Below, piece after piece: positions 1-12,790 of a DNA stretch of 64,000 nucleotides (position 1 is its first letter; each line of letters opens with the position of its first letter). The stretch covers positions 133,061 to 197,060 of the forward strand of contig ML996695.1 of the NCBI GenBank assembly GCA_010356995.1. Direction: 5' to 3'. The position numbers and the translations under genes were made by a program. This DNA is from Trichodelitschia bisporula. Taxonomy: Eukaryota. Under the pieces are notes generated by a model. That model saw only the letters and a program-made list of their open reading frames with translations. It made no database searches and was not told the origin of the DNA.

Positions 1-3000
1 GTCTCCTACTGGTTTATCTAGCGGCTGAATCAATGCCGCTGACTTCGGCTGTGCGTACAGGCACTTCCTCATCTCAGGTCTGGACGTCGGACAGATGCCT
101 ACGGCGGTTCTTTCTCTTGAACTCAGTTCTTTCTCTGAGCTGGGTGATGGAGGTGCCTGACATGCGGCTATAACTGAATACTGAGCTATCGGCCGAGTAA
201 TCATGGGCGGACGCGATGTCCACGTCGTCCTATCCCTTCTACCAGGTAACCTCGTCGCGGGGAACTATCATCGCAAGCAAATTGGCAAAATTTGTGAAAT
301 CAACACGTTAGAATTGAAGCGTTCAATTGCCAGCAGCCGTGAGGAACAACATCATGCCATTCCTCTCGTTGACAGATGAACAAAACACATCCAGCATGAC
401 CCCGCTCCCCCCACCCCTCCCACTCAGACAACGTCAACTTCATACATCCCAACGATAGGCACATAGACCAAAAACAAAAAAGAACCACCCGCAGCAGTGA
501 GTCGAACACTGGACTTGGAGATAAGTCGCGCTATCCACGCTGCAATCTCCCACTCTACCACTGAGTTACTACGGGTTCTCAGTGTCTGATTCGATGACAA
601 CATTTTCCAGCCTTTCATCCTTAGAGTAACTTCCTTCCCTCCCCCTTCCCCAACCCGATCCTGCATCCGCCCTCCTCCTCCCCCTCCGACCTAAACCCCA
701 GACCCGCCTGCAGCACACCGTCAGCTGCATCGCCCGCATCATGTCAACCCCCCCCTCTAGTAAACGCGGGGTGCAGCCGCAGATCCCCTCAACCGCGCCG
801 ATCAGTCTGCCTTCGCCGCGCGCAGGGCTACAAATGCACCTCTAGTTCTACTCTGCGCAACCCCGCACCAGGTCGTCATCGCACCTGGCACTTCGACAAA
901 CGCAATTGACCATGCCCGGCCCGCCCACCCCCCGCTCATCCCCGCCGCAACGCACCGCATGCCCAGCTCTACTCACGACGTCATAGCAGTGTAAGGCCGC
1001 AACCTCCGCAGGCGGGGTGCATTATCAAGGCTCCCAGGTAGGTTATGCGCGTGACACTAGCGAGAGGCACAGTTCAAGGCCCCGGGGAGGGGTTGCTACT
1101 TCTTGCGATTCGCAAGCTGGCTGCCCGCCAGGCGACATCCCCTACAGTATCCCGTTCCTTTCTGTTCCTTTCAGCTCGGTCCCTCGATCCCTCCGTCCCC
1201 CCGTCTCCCCGTCCCCCCCGACCCCGCGCCGGCACACTCCGCCACCGATGGGCCAGTCTTGGGTGGCGGCCTGGCTGGCTTCTCCCGCGGGCGCGCCGGG
1301 CGGGACGGCTCCGCGTCTGGGGTACGGGGTGCCGGGTGTGCGGCGGGGAGGTGGGCTGGCGGTGCTATATATTATCGTATCATCGAGTGACTAATGGGCC
1401 GAGAATATATATTGCTTCGGGGGGGATGGAGCAAGGAGGTAAGGTCTACGTTGTGGGCAGTTACGGGCGATGAAATTATCCGAACGGGGAATTCGGGAGT
1501 GCAGTTGTCTGTTGTTGCGAACTGGTAATGAGATGGAAGGTTAATTGGCATGCGCTGGAGAGTAATTGGCATGAGCTGGAAGATGGAGTGTAAGTTGGTG
1601 GTTAGTTTGCTTTCTGCGTGAGGAGGCTTGCAGACAATGTCGCGTGGGCTTCTTGCGCGTGCGACGTGCGACAACCCCGGGACGTGGACGCGGAGAGTGG
1701 GTTCTGGAGCCAGGTGCTGCGTGGTGCATGGTGCTAACTCTGCTTGGTTGAGGGAGGAACGTCGTCCGACGAAGAGAGGGCGAGTTCCTGTGATCCTCCC
1801 GCGTCGCTCGTCGTTCGTCGCGATGCCGTCGCGACGTTCAATCTGAAATCTGAAATCGAGAGCGCGGCTGCGACATGACATGGGGACCCGTGCCGCGCGC
1901 GCCGCTCCATCGTCCACATCCGCGCCCGCCTCCGCATGCCGTTGCGCCATACGCACGCTCGGGGACGGATGAGCCCCTAACGTTGAGAGTGTGGAGATGG
2001 GAGTGTGGAGCCGGCGCATCGACGATGGCTGATTTGTCGAAAAATAGAGCCGCTGCAGGGCCCGTGCGGGCGGAGTTTGAAGCGTCGACTCGTTGACAAG
2101 CGAGCATATCAGCGGAATTGAGAAGGCTAGGCGCGAAATAGCCGGGGATGAGAAGATGAAAGAATAATGAGGGGAAAAGCTTGAAAGAGCCGGAAAGGCC
2201 CCGTCGTCAAAAACTGTGGGGCCGGCCAATTATTGCTACAGGGGCATTTCCATTTCCAATTCCATTCCCTCCGCCTCAAATGCCTCAACCCGTCTGCCGG
2301 ATTGCGGGGGAGAGAGTAGAAGCGAGGTGGTATGGGGTTGACGGACATGCAAGCTGCCTTGAGGGAAATTCAGCTCGCGGCTGTCTGCTGTCGTTGTATG
2401 CTTGCTTCAGTACCCTAACATCCCCAGGCCAAGGCCCCCGCCCTTCGACCTTCCTGCACCCCAGATTAAGCTGTGCCTCAGGTCATGGAGCCACTTCTTA
2501 GCTGCAAAGGCTAGTGGCGGGCCGGCTCATACCCTTTCTCTGCCCGTTCTTGCGGGAGCATGTGTGGTGTGCGGGCGATGGTGCGTGAATATCAGAGAGC
2601 GAGCGTGTGCGGAGTATCCCAGTAGGATGTGGCGTACTGGGGGGAGCGTTCGTTCCCCGCAACTCGTCAATTCTTCATCAAGACGCTCAAATTAGGTTAG
2701 GGCGAGAGTGTCAATGTCAGTGGGCATAGATGTGGAGCTGTAGAGTTTGTGCGCAAGTTGAAGAAAAGTTGGTGAGAGTTGAGGACTTGGGGTCACTGGA
2801 AGCTTGCAAACTCCCCCTCTCCCCTCACTTCCCCTCCCTCTTTCACTCGCCCTTCCCCTCCCCTCCCCACCCCCCCCAAAGAGGTCCATGCGGGTGGTCT
2901 GGGAGAACGGCCAAAGTGGTCTGTGTGGACTTTTAGTGGTCCGGTGGATCCCTGTCCGTCTCCTTACTGGGTAAAGTGGTGAGAGTGGGAGCCCGTGCGG

Positions 3001-6000
3001 CCCTGGTCTGGCCCCAACCTGCCTGACCCTGAGATCACAGGCTCCCCTCCCTCTCTGCCTCTCTCTGCCTTTGCTCTGCTACTCTCTCAAACTGCTCTCT
3101 CCATTGCTCTTCTCCCAATGCTCTTCTCCCAATGCATCTCTATCGTCCACTGTTCGCCTCTCGTCAACCATAACCAGCTGCAAGCAGTCTCTCTTCACCA
3201 AAACTCAACTCATTTTCCCTAGACAAAAAGATCTTTGCCCTTCTGTCACTGACATTCAATTCATATGCCCATAACCCCCTCCCTCCCCTCTCATCTTCCA
3301 CCCCCCTACCCCTCCTACAAATCCACCACACACATACCACCGCCCCCCTCTTCCCCGCCACCCCCCCCCCCAGTCCTTTCAACTGAGTACCCATGCCACT
3401 GCTGCCGTGAGCGCACTCCCGCACTCTCTTCAAAATCATCGCAACCCCACCCGGATGTCCAATGCCATTTCGCGCCGTTGAGAGATCAAACGAAACAAAA
3501 GTGATCGTGGGACAGGAGAGGAAAAACGGCCGGTTCAGAAAGAGCACGAGGTCCAATAAAGGGGAGCGAAATTCAATTTGATATCGGCCATCCTGCAGTC
3601 CTGCAGCCCGACCCCACGAAGGAGACGACACGACCCCCCCCATCACCATCCTCCGCACGCCGCCTAGAGGACGAACAAACTTCACGAGACCACGGGAGAA
3701 GCGCGTCTTAGCGCCACCGCAACGCACCTCCGTCGTTAAACCCCCCGTACCGTACACTCTCCGTCGCGCGCATCTCATGCGCCTCTCTCGACGAACCTTC
3801 CAAACTTCCTCGTCTGCACTCACACCATCCACCCCCGGAAAGGTCGGTTCCATCTCCCGTATTCCTTAACATCTTGCATATCCAATCCACCTCTCCCCCC
3901 CTCCCTCAACCACCCCATCCAACCAGGCTCTGCTCTTCTTCTTCTCCCTTTGTCGGTAGTCGTCTGCCTTTCCAAAGACCCCCCTGTCGCGTTTTAAACG
4001 TCCGCCGCTTTTCCCTTCCAGGCTTTGCCCCACAGAACCGTGGGCGCAACTCGACTGGTTAGAGAGCGAGGCAAGGTGCAGGACTGCAGGTCGCATCAGC
4101 AGCCGGTCGGCCTCGATCCATCATTTTGCAACCACACCCTAAACTCGAAATTCTCCTCAGCCTTTCTCATCCCATCGTTTTGTCTTTCCCTCCTCGCGGA
4201 CCTGCTACGAGAGCGTTTTGCCAGAGCTGTCGCGACGGCAGGAGCACACTCTCCAGGGGCCATTCCTCCTGCAGCGCATCGAACCATGGGATTTTGCTCC
4301 CGCCTGGCTCCCGAACTCCTTCCGCAACGTACTCCCGAGGATCTCAACTCACCTGCGTAGAACTGTGCCATCGTGCCCGCACTCATTTCTCCCACCAATC
4401 CATCGCCGCCTTCTATGCAACGAACCATCCCGCTTTCGGCTTTTCCTGCGTACGCTTTTCGTCTTCAGCAGACTTAGACTGCCTCCCGGTTCTCCCGTTT
4501 TTGGCTTTGCGATTTTGGTAAATAATCCCCTTTCGCAGCGTTTTGTGGCCCCAAGTCTGTCGCATCCGCCGTCGCCGTCTGCTTATCACTCATGTACTGC
4601 AGACTCTAGACCAGATATCTGTACTTTAGACATTTGGTTCTTAGATCTGTGTGAGCCACCGTCGTTGTTTAACCGCCGCTAGCGTTTACCGCGGTTTCCC
4701 CGATGTATCCGTCTCTAACCTCTTGCAGACAGTTGGCGTTTCGTTATCGAAGAATTCCGACCGCTCAGTTTTTGTTTATCACTTGCATTCTGGTAAGCAG
4801 TCCTCTCGTCCGTTATTGATTTCGTTGTCGTATCATCTTGGATGCGAGTTCGTCGAGGCTGCCTCGAGTAGCGATTCCGAGCGCATCTGGGTCTCTGAGC
4901 CTCATCCTTGGCAGTCGGGATCGGGCAACATCTGACGGAGGCGCTGCCCGATCGCACACCCAGCTTTCCTAAACTGTGTTTGCTGGAAAGGTCCCGATGT
5001 GATCTCACGTCGTCTGATTTGCCTTGAATCTCGTCTTCCGACCTTAGCGGCATCCTGTGCTTCTTTCTGTTACACGGCCGTGGTTTCTAGCTCGTTGGCT
5101 TGTTAGTACAGTAGCCGTAACTGACCGACGGCTAGGTTGTAATCCCCAAGGACATAATTCAACTCGCCGAGACGACCGCTCGTACGGAACTGTAGCATAG
5201 GTGAAGGCGGACCGGTTTTCCTCATCACTTCTTTTCTCCAGCCCCCGCGGGACATCGACCACTATCACTTCCATCGTACTTAGGAAATCCGCGGCACTCT
5301 GGTGATTCTGGAATCCCAATATCAATTCATACCATCTCCAACACTATAGACCCAGGAACTACCGACACACCATCAGCCAATCCCCTTGACCGGCCTCGGA
5401 ATCAGACTCCGTCGCGACCGCCTGTTACCCATATTACGTCTTCCCGACTGCGAGCGGTACTCAGTTGTGACCAGCGACCTGGAAGGCACTGCATAATTGG
5501 AGGTGCAACGTGCACAAATTTCCCGACGTTTCCTGCTTTCCGTACCTTCGCAGTGACAGGTGACCTGCAAGTGCTTTGCGCAGTCACACCAGCGCTTCCC
5601 AGGTACGTCAGATCTTCCCCGCCTTGACTCTCGCTGCATTTCCGCCAACCTGGGTGTTTGCGTGGGTCCGATTCATTAGCTCTTGATTTCCCGACCCCGA
5701 TCCGCTGTTCCCCTTTTCGATCCCCGGACACTTGAGCCCATTCGGCTCCATCGGCTGCATTGGACCTGAATGTTGTGTGCGCTTACTTACTCGGTCAATC
5801 GTTTCGCCAATTTTGCTTGTTATATGCTTGCGCTCGTTGCTGATATCCGTAGCTTCTTCGCAGCATAAATCGTATCGCTCTCCACCTGAGTCCATAGCTG
5901 GTGCTCTGGGAACGGGCAGAGCGATCAATTCCACGTTGCAGTGCAGCGCGCCTCTCCCGGACGACAAAGCGTGCTGCACCCGGCTCCATCCCATGCGAAA

Positions 6001-6185
6001 CACTGCTGCGTATGGGCGGCCGTGGTTTTGCTTGGTCACTTCAAAGACATCCCTATAGCGTTAGTGGGCTGTTATGAGACATTGTCTTACACCCCCGCAA
6101 TCACACAGCATATCCTTTCCGGGCGTAGACGGCTAAACCACGTCAGCCTAAACCACAGCCTCGCTATCCGTCTACAAAAACGACC

Positions 6186-9039
6186 ATGACATCGTCAACC
6201 TCAGCTGCGGCTCATCCGCCTCCTGGGCGCAATTCGCTGCCAGGAGGCCACATCATGCCTCCGTCTAGCATTGTTGAAAAGAAGAGCATGGGCTCGGTGC
6301 GTCGGTCTACCCCCGATTCAGAGGCAGTCACTTCGGACGATGATCACGAGCAAACACCCGCAATGTCCATGTCATTGTACTCAGTAAAGAGCATGCCGAT
6401 GCAACGTCCAGTCAGGCGGTCCTCTTGGCTGAGCGAGGTTCAGTCTTCGCAGCAGCGCAAGTACTCACTAAGTGGCATGTCGCTCGCCTCTACGGGCTCG
6501 CAACCGACGACTCCAGCTGGGGAGAATGGGCCATGGGATGCCGCTTCGCATGCACCTCGCCCCGGTACGAGTGGCACCTCGTTTCCTTGGACCCCGCAAG
6601 TCTGGCAAAAGGATCGACCGCCTCGCTTGGCTGAAGTCTTGCAATCTCCCACGAGCACCTTCCCGGACGACCTACGCTCGCCGACGATGCGCGAACATGG
6701 GCCTAATGCTGGTCTGCCGTTTGAGATCCCGCTCGAACCAAGCCGCAAAACTGTCCGGTCCCAATCGTACTCCGCGGGGCAGCTTGACAAGACCCCAGGG
6801 TTCGAGAACATGCATCAGCCTGGGCCGTATAAGATGAAGACGAGCCTGATGCATCGCCCTTCTCGTCCCAGCATGCTGGGCGACAGTGGCAGAGACCCCC
6901 TTTCGTCGCTCCGAGAGGACGAAGATGACGTGGGCAGCTCCACTGGTTCCGATCCTGACCTTAGGCTCCAGCCGTCAATGACAAATCCGGAGGTGTCGCG
7001 AACGTTTGGTCAGAACGACATGTTCAAACAGGCCAGCTTCGAGAATGGTCGCGCCCTTGCTGCTGCTGCTGCTTCTGGCCAGCAAAACAGCGGCTTCCGC
7101 TACCCGCGAAGGAACGCGCCGACCTTTCCATCTCCTCCTCCACTCCCACAGCTCGACATTGAATACGCGGTGACGGATGAGACGGAGGAACCCGTCGAGA
7201 ACTTTGGCGATTCTGGGAGGCTAGCCCGTCACTCGGTTTCGGGAGCATCGCCCGGGGCCCCACTGTCGCCGTTGGATACAGTCCTGGAGAACCGGACGTT
7301 GGAGGGACTGAAGAAGGCACAGTGGCAATCTTCTCTCGGGTTCGGCATCCCAGAGGAAGGTTCACAGAGCCGCCGCCACTCGTTTGCCGATCTACCACGA
7401 CACGAGGCAGTGGCGCGGAAGAGTCCGGATGGAAGCGGTGCTGTCCAGTATGGTGGTTATATGGACCACGTTACGTCCCTTGTTTCGCAAATGAGTATGG
7501 GTGACATGAGGCACCAGGATCACGGTGTGGATGAAGGTAAGCTCCCTGGATCAATCCACCGGTTGTAGTCGAGTCACCCATTGCAAAAGTTTTTGTACTA
7601 ACAGCATCTTGCAGCTCTGCATTTCCACGGTGGCGAAGCTCAGAAGCGGTACGCCCGAGAGCGAGCTGATGAGTTCAACCCTTTTGCGGTCTCCAACCAT
7701 TTCGCGCGCCCGCAGCGCATCCTCTACCTCGTATCCTTTAAGTGCAAGCGCTCGGACATTTACTATATTCCGGACAACACCGGACTGCAGGTCAAGGCTG
7801 GCGACACCGTCATTGTCGAAGGTGATCGCGGGCAGGATCTCGGCACGGTGGAGCATACGCACGTCACCATGGAGCAGGCTAAGAAGCTCAAGGAAGAGTT
7901 TGGCCACAAGCACTTCCGCTGCCTCATGATGTTCTCTCGCATGTATCCCCACGTCGCAGAGCTAGCGAATGATGAAGTGGCATTCACGAAGGCTATCACT
8001 GGCGCAGCTGGTGCGCAGGGGCTTCCTATGGCTGGAAATATGCCTGGGATGGGACCCACCCATGCTCGCGACGCCATGGCCCAGTTCGAACCCGAGCCTC
8101 GTCCCAAGATGATCAAGCGCGTGGCGAGACCGGATGAGGTGAACCTTCTACGGGAGAAAGAAGGAAACGAAGCAAAGGCCAAACGGGTTTGCCAAAGCAA
8201 AGTCAACGACCATAGCCTCAGAATGGAGATTCTGGACGCCGAGTTTCAGCAGTACGTTCGTCACCTAGTCATTGTACACTATGCTAACTCCCCGCAGCGA
8301 CTATCGCAAGCTCACATTCTTCTACTATGCCGAGGAATACATCAACTTCAACGACCTCGTCACTGACCTATTCAAGGTCTACAAGACACGGATCTGGATG
8401 TCCGCCATCAACCCCGGCTCCTACACAGCGATGAATCCCAACGCAGGCATTCGCGCTCAACCCTGGGCCAAACCCGCTCACCCCACTCACCCCGCACACC
8501 CAACCCTAATGCGCCAGCAGGACGATCCTCGAATCGCAATGGAGGCCCGCAAGCGCATCTCGCCGCAAGACCTGCTGCGCACTCAGGCGCGGGAGCGGAG
8601 CGCCGAAGACGCGCAGGTGCGCAAGGAGTACGAGCGCGCTATGCACCTCGAGGCAGCAGCGAAAGCGGGCTATATGGATCGCGGCCAGGAGTACGCCCAG
8701 GCGCAACAGTCATTCGAGGCGCGGCGCGCAAACGCGTTCCCCGCCTTTGCGCACCAGTTCGTACAGTCGGTACCGGCGGCACCGTGGAGCCAGGCCCTCC
8801 CGGGCGTAGGCTTGCCCTTCCCGTACGGATATCCCGAGCGCGACCCGTCCACCAATTACGCCATCTCGGCCATGATGCCGCTGGCTTCGAATCTCGGACA
8901 CCCGACGGCATTCACGCCGCGTGGCGGTATTCCGCCGCAGTTTGGTGGCAACCAGGCGTTCTCGCCTAGCTCGGAGGTTATGATGGAGGCGCTGCAGGAT
9001 CAATACCAGCGGTATTCGCTTGATCCGCGGCGGGGATAG
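6186..9039 (+). CDS. PSP1 C-terminal domain protein (3 exons; introns 7537-7614 and 8252-8297)
   Basis: Long Ser-rich N-terminus with RRHS/RRSS motifs. Splicing the GTAAGC..TACTAAC..CAG and GTACGT..GCTAAC..CAG introns joins LYLVSFKCKRSDIYYI..GDTVIVEGDRGQDLGTV and MEILDAEFQHDYRKLTFFYYAEEYINFNDLVTDLFKVYKTRIWMSAINP, typical of the PSP1 domain. Confidence 0.9.
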
Positions 9040-9899
9040 AGGACGACTTGGAAGACGGAGAAGAATCAACAGCGATAGAGGGCGACGACGTACAGCAAAT
9101 TTGCCTTGGATCTTTCCCCACCACGATCCGCCACGGCTGTGGCATGCTAGACAGCGCTCATTTTTACCAAAATCAGAAGTGGCCCCCTTTAGACTTGTTA
9201 GAGGGTTGGGTAAGGTCGGCGGCAACAAGCCGATGAGAAAACGACGGAAACGCCTAATGATTGTCTTTGGGTTTCCGGTTTGAGGTTCGGGATTGGGGTG
9301 TTTGGGTGCATGTGTTTTTTCGGGTCGCTTGCGTTGTCTCCTGCTACTGCTGCTGCTGTTGCTGCTGCCAGCCTGCTTGCTTTTTGCTTGCGCGGGTAAA
9401 ACGGCGAAAGTAATGGACGGAAGAGAAAACTGAAGATCTGCATGGGAGACCTGGGTGTATGGGTTTTTTTCGCGCGCACATACTTTTGGTGGCTTAATCG
9501 TCTGGACCTGGATGGGGATGCAAACCGGGACTGTCTTTTTGTTTTTGCTTTGACCATTTACTCGGATGCGAGACTTTCTCTTCTCTGGGACTCGGTATAG
9601 ATGCGACCATCTATATGGGTCTTGTTACTTATTAAGATGGGCTTTTGACGATGTTTTTCGGTTTTCGGCGGGCTTGTATGAGATACGGGAGTAATGGCAG
9701 CAGCTTTTGCTTGCATTGGGTTCATGTCTTTGCTTGTGCCGTGCGCGTCTGACGGGTCTGGATGCCAGCCGCATATCGGAGGCACCCCATCGCGCTTTCC
9801 TCCCCGGATGAGACCAGCTACGTCATGCCCACGGACGACATATCCTCCTCAACTCCTAGCACCTCCAAACCCATCCCAACCATTCACCACAAACCCATC

Positions 9900-10824
9900 A
9901 TGCCGCCCCATCGCAAGTCCGCGAGAGTCACCTCCCCCAAGCCAACCCCAGACTCCGAAATCCTAGCCCCGTATCTCACCTCCTTCTCCGCCACCATAAA
10001 ACGCGACCGGAAGGACGTGGCCGCGTACCTAAATACACAGATCACCACCGCGTAAACCTCCCCTCCTTTATCTACACTTCTAACCAGTCGTGTCATCAAC
10101 CAATTCAATCATGATTGGAAGGCGGTTTTCATGCCGTCGAGCCTGGTATAAGCCAAAAGCAACAGGGGTTACCTAAAAAGGTTATAGCCGCCTCCATAAG
10201 CTTTCGCTGCATGGCTTTTGGGCATAACCTTTTTGATAACTCTTGCCACTATTGGCGTACACTGGGCGAGGCAACATGAAAACCGCATTTCAATCATGAT
10301 TGAAGTGATTGGCGACATGACTGCCTCTAACCCTGGCCAGGAAATCTGCCTCTGTCGACCGCGCAGCGCACATCGAGGCCGTGCTCCAAGTTCGCAGTGG
10401 AGCACTGGCTAAATCCCAAGCGTCCATGCGTGCTGCGGCGGAGCGCACGCTGGGGTATGCTCGGGACGTGTTGGCGGAGTATGAGGCCCTGGTCGAGGCG
10501 ACTGAGGGGGCGGGAGGGGTGGTACTTGCTGTGGATGGGGTGTTGAAGGGGATGAGGGGAGATGCGAGGGAGGCTAAGAGGGTGTTGGGTGTGGGGAAGA
10601 GGGTAGGGGAGGAGAGGGTTGGGCGGTTGGTTGGTATGGCGAGGTCTGGAGGGCAAGAGGAGGGTGGGCCTGTGGAGAGATTCTTCGTGGACGGGAAGCA
10701 CGATTCGACGGGCGTGAAGGAGACGGTGAGTGCGCTGGGCCGGGCGGTGGGGATGCTTGCTCGGCCACTGCCCGTTGAGGACGAGGGGGAGAATGGGCGG
10801 CCCGCGAAGCGCAAGAAGATGTAG
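9900..10824 (+). CDS. Hypothetical protein (2 exons; intron 10052-10340 containing a MITE), basic NLS-like C-terminal tail PAKRKKM
   Basis: ATG 9900. The phase-2 intron GTAAAC...CTCTAAC..CCAG joins exon 1 (..NTQITTA) in frame to KSASVDRAAHIEAVLQVRSG.. of ORF 10381-10824. Confidence 0.7.
10085..10323. mobile_element. Non-autonomous fold-back element (MITE), hAT-like
   Basis: Ends CAGTC...GACTG. Arms of about 105 bp are inverted repeats (42 of the first 49 nt match by manual alignment, mismatches mostly transitions). Flanked by 8-bp direct repeats CTTCTAAC (10077-10084) and CCTCTAAC (10324-10331). Confidence 0.8.
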
Positions 10825-10836
10825 ATCCTCAATACA

Positions 10837-11637
10837 TCAGTCACCCCTCACACGCCCGCACATTACCACATCCTGGCCAAACTGTCTCCAAACCACATCC
10901 TTCAACCTCGCAACCGGTACCCGTACCCCTTTGTTATGCCTCGCCCCAGGCGCAACCGCAACCCCGCCTTCGCCCAACCACACCGGTGCCAGCGTAACAA
11001 CCACCGCGCCCACGAAATTTATATTCTCCGGCGCGAGCAGCCCGTTGATCACCGAAGCCCCACCTTCGACCATCACGCTCTCAATCCCGCACTCAGCCAG
11101 CGCGGACATGATATCGCGCCACTTAATTCGGCCCCGGTCGTCTATGTCTGGCGACGATGCGAGGCGGATATACTGTCCACCAACGCCCTGCAGCGCGGCT
11201 TCCCATTCAGGCGGGACGGACGTGGCCTTGCGCGTAATGACCCACGGCGCCTTCCCCCGCCCTGCCCGCGCGAGTGCGAGGACCTGCGACCGACTCACGT
11301 CCCACCGGCCACGGGGATCGAGGATGATAGGTCTGGGCTGGGATGAGAGGGTGGTTTCGGGGAGGCGTGCGTTCAGGGCGGGATCATCAATCACGGCGGT
11401 GTTGGCGCCAATTAGGATGGCTTGATGTTTGGTGCGAAGGTAGTGTGTCATAGCCTTTGTTTCGGGGCCGGAGAGGGGAGTTTGCGAGTCGAGGAAAGAG
11501 AGGGCGGAGTCGAGGGAGGTGGCGTAGGTTAAGGTGAGGAAGGGGGAGGAGGGGGAGGTGATGAGGGAGGGGAGGAAGGGGGATAGGTAAGATGGGACAT
11601 CTGGGGGGAGAACGAGTGGCGGTTTAGGTGGCATCAT
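10837..11637 (-). CDS. RIB7: 2,5-diamino-6-ribosylamino-4(3H)-pyrimidinone 5'-phosphate reductase (riboflavin synthesis, RibD C-terminal family)
   Basis: PFLTLTYATSLDSAL, LSGPETKAMTHYLRTKHQAILIGANTAVIDDPALNARL, QPRPIILDPRGR, IESVMVEGGASVINGLL. Start taken at MMPPKPP (11637). Confidence 0.92.
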   Translation of the reverse strand: MMPPKPPLVLPPDVPSYLSPFLPSLITSPSSPFLTLTYATSLDSALSFLDSQTPLSGPETKAMTHYLRTKHQAILIGANTAVIDDPALNARLPETTLSSQPRPIILDPRGRWDVSRSQVLALARAGRGKAPWVITRKATSVPPEWEAALQGVGGQYIRLASSPDIDDRGRIKWRDIMSALAECGIESVMVEGGASVINGLLAPENINFVGAVVVTLAPVWLGEGGVAVAPGARHNKGVRVPVARLKDVVWRQFGQDVVMCGRVRGD

Positions 11638-12790
11638 CGTGGTGAAGTCAAGGCTGGTGAGAAGTACGGGGTTGAGTTGAAGTCGGATGGACGTCGTCTC
11701 ACAGGCTCGGCCCGAAGCGGGGCACCCCAACAACGGCGACGGGCTACCCGCATGTGCACGTCCCCACCTTACAAAGCAAAAGCAACTCCCCAGCCACACC
11801 CACACGCAAGATTCGGCAGCCCGCGGCTCATCTCATCTCGCGCTGCAAGCGCAATGTCATCGTCCGCCTATCGTCCCCGCGCAGCCAATATTTGCACCCC
11901 TTTCAGTGGCTGGAAGGACGGGGGGGGATATTATTGGCTGCGAGGCGCCACGCGGTGCGCGCGTTTGTGTTCCTGCGTCCGCCACGCGGGTGGCTCGTAT
12001 TGGGAAATGAAACGGGCAGGCGAGTTGCGATTCGTACGGCGGCGCGTCCGGCGGTTGGGTTTTGGTGATGTAATGGAATGGATAGGTGATGATGGGTGGT
12101 TTTTTGGGGTAGATTGCGTCGGTTGGGACGGGGGGGGGATATTGTGGCCGGTGAGGGTAGGGATTGAAGCCACGGCGTGTATGGGAATTTTGAGGATCTG
12201 TTGAGAAGTTTGGACTGGTTGGGAGGGTGAGATGAAGGTTCGCTGACGTCGTTGGGGGACTGAGAAAGTTATTTCGAGGGTGTCAGGCGTACAGCTATTT
12301 GGACGTAGGCAGATGACGATACTCACCTCCAGTGTGAGATTACCCTTGTGTTCGAGTTGGGAATCACGAGTCCCATGATCCCGGATTGCGGATGGCTCTC
12401 CGCGCGGAATGCCCAATCTGTGTAAAGTGCACCTACTATCGGAATGCAACCGATCAGCAACCTAAATCCAACGTCAAGAACAGCAAAAGCAAGGTAAGAA
12501 AAAGCAGGTGCTCATGCCAACATCATATTGCGACATTAGACACTATTTACAAGCGGCCGACAAAAGTCCAGTCGCAACATCAGAAAAATTCACATCCCAT
12601 CCACGCTACATCACCCGCAAACCACAAATACCAAAAGGAGAATCAAATGTATGCCTCAATCGGCAAACCAGCATCAAAGCCAGTCACCAAAAAAACGCTT
12701 ACAAGCTAGCACAAGCTACAAATCGCCAATCCGCCGAATCCCGCGGCTAAAACCCGCGTCCAGCCAAGCCCTTCCTTTCTTCCTCAGCGC

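Noticed and set aside
1..204. Minus-strand frame MITRPIAQYSV.. open to the window edge
   Set aside because: Could be a gene start but it is truncated and has no recognisable similarity.
1102..1132. Two small adjacent hairpins (CTTGCG-ATT-CGCAAG; CTGGC-TGCCC-GCCAG)
   Set aside because: Too short to exceed chance, and no ncRNA family signature recognised.
1372..2229. 285-aa minus-strand ORF and overlapping ORFs in 1000-2500
   Set aside because: No recognisable domain or consistent codon bias; GC-rich sequence produces such ORFs by chance.
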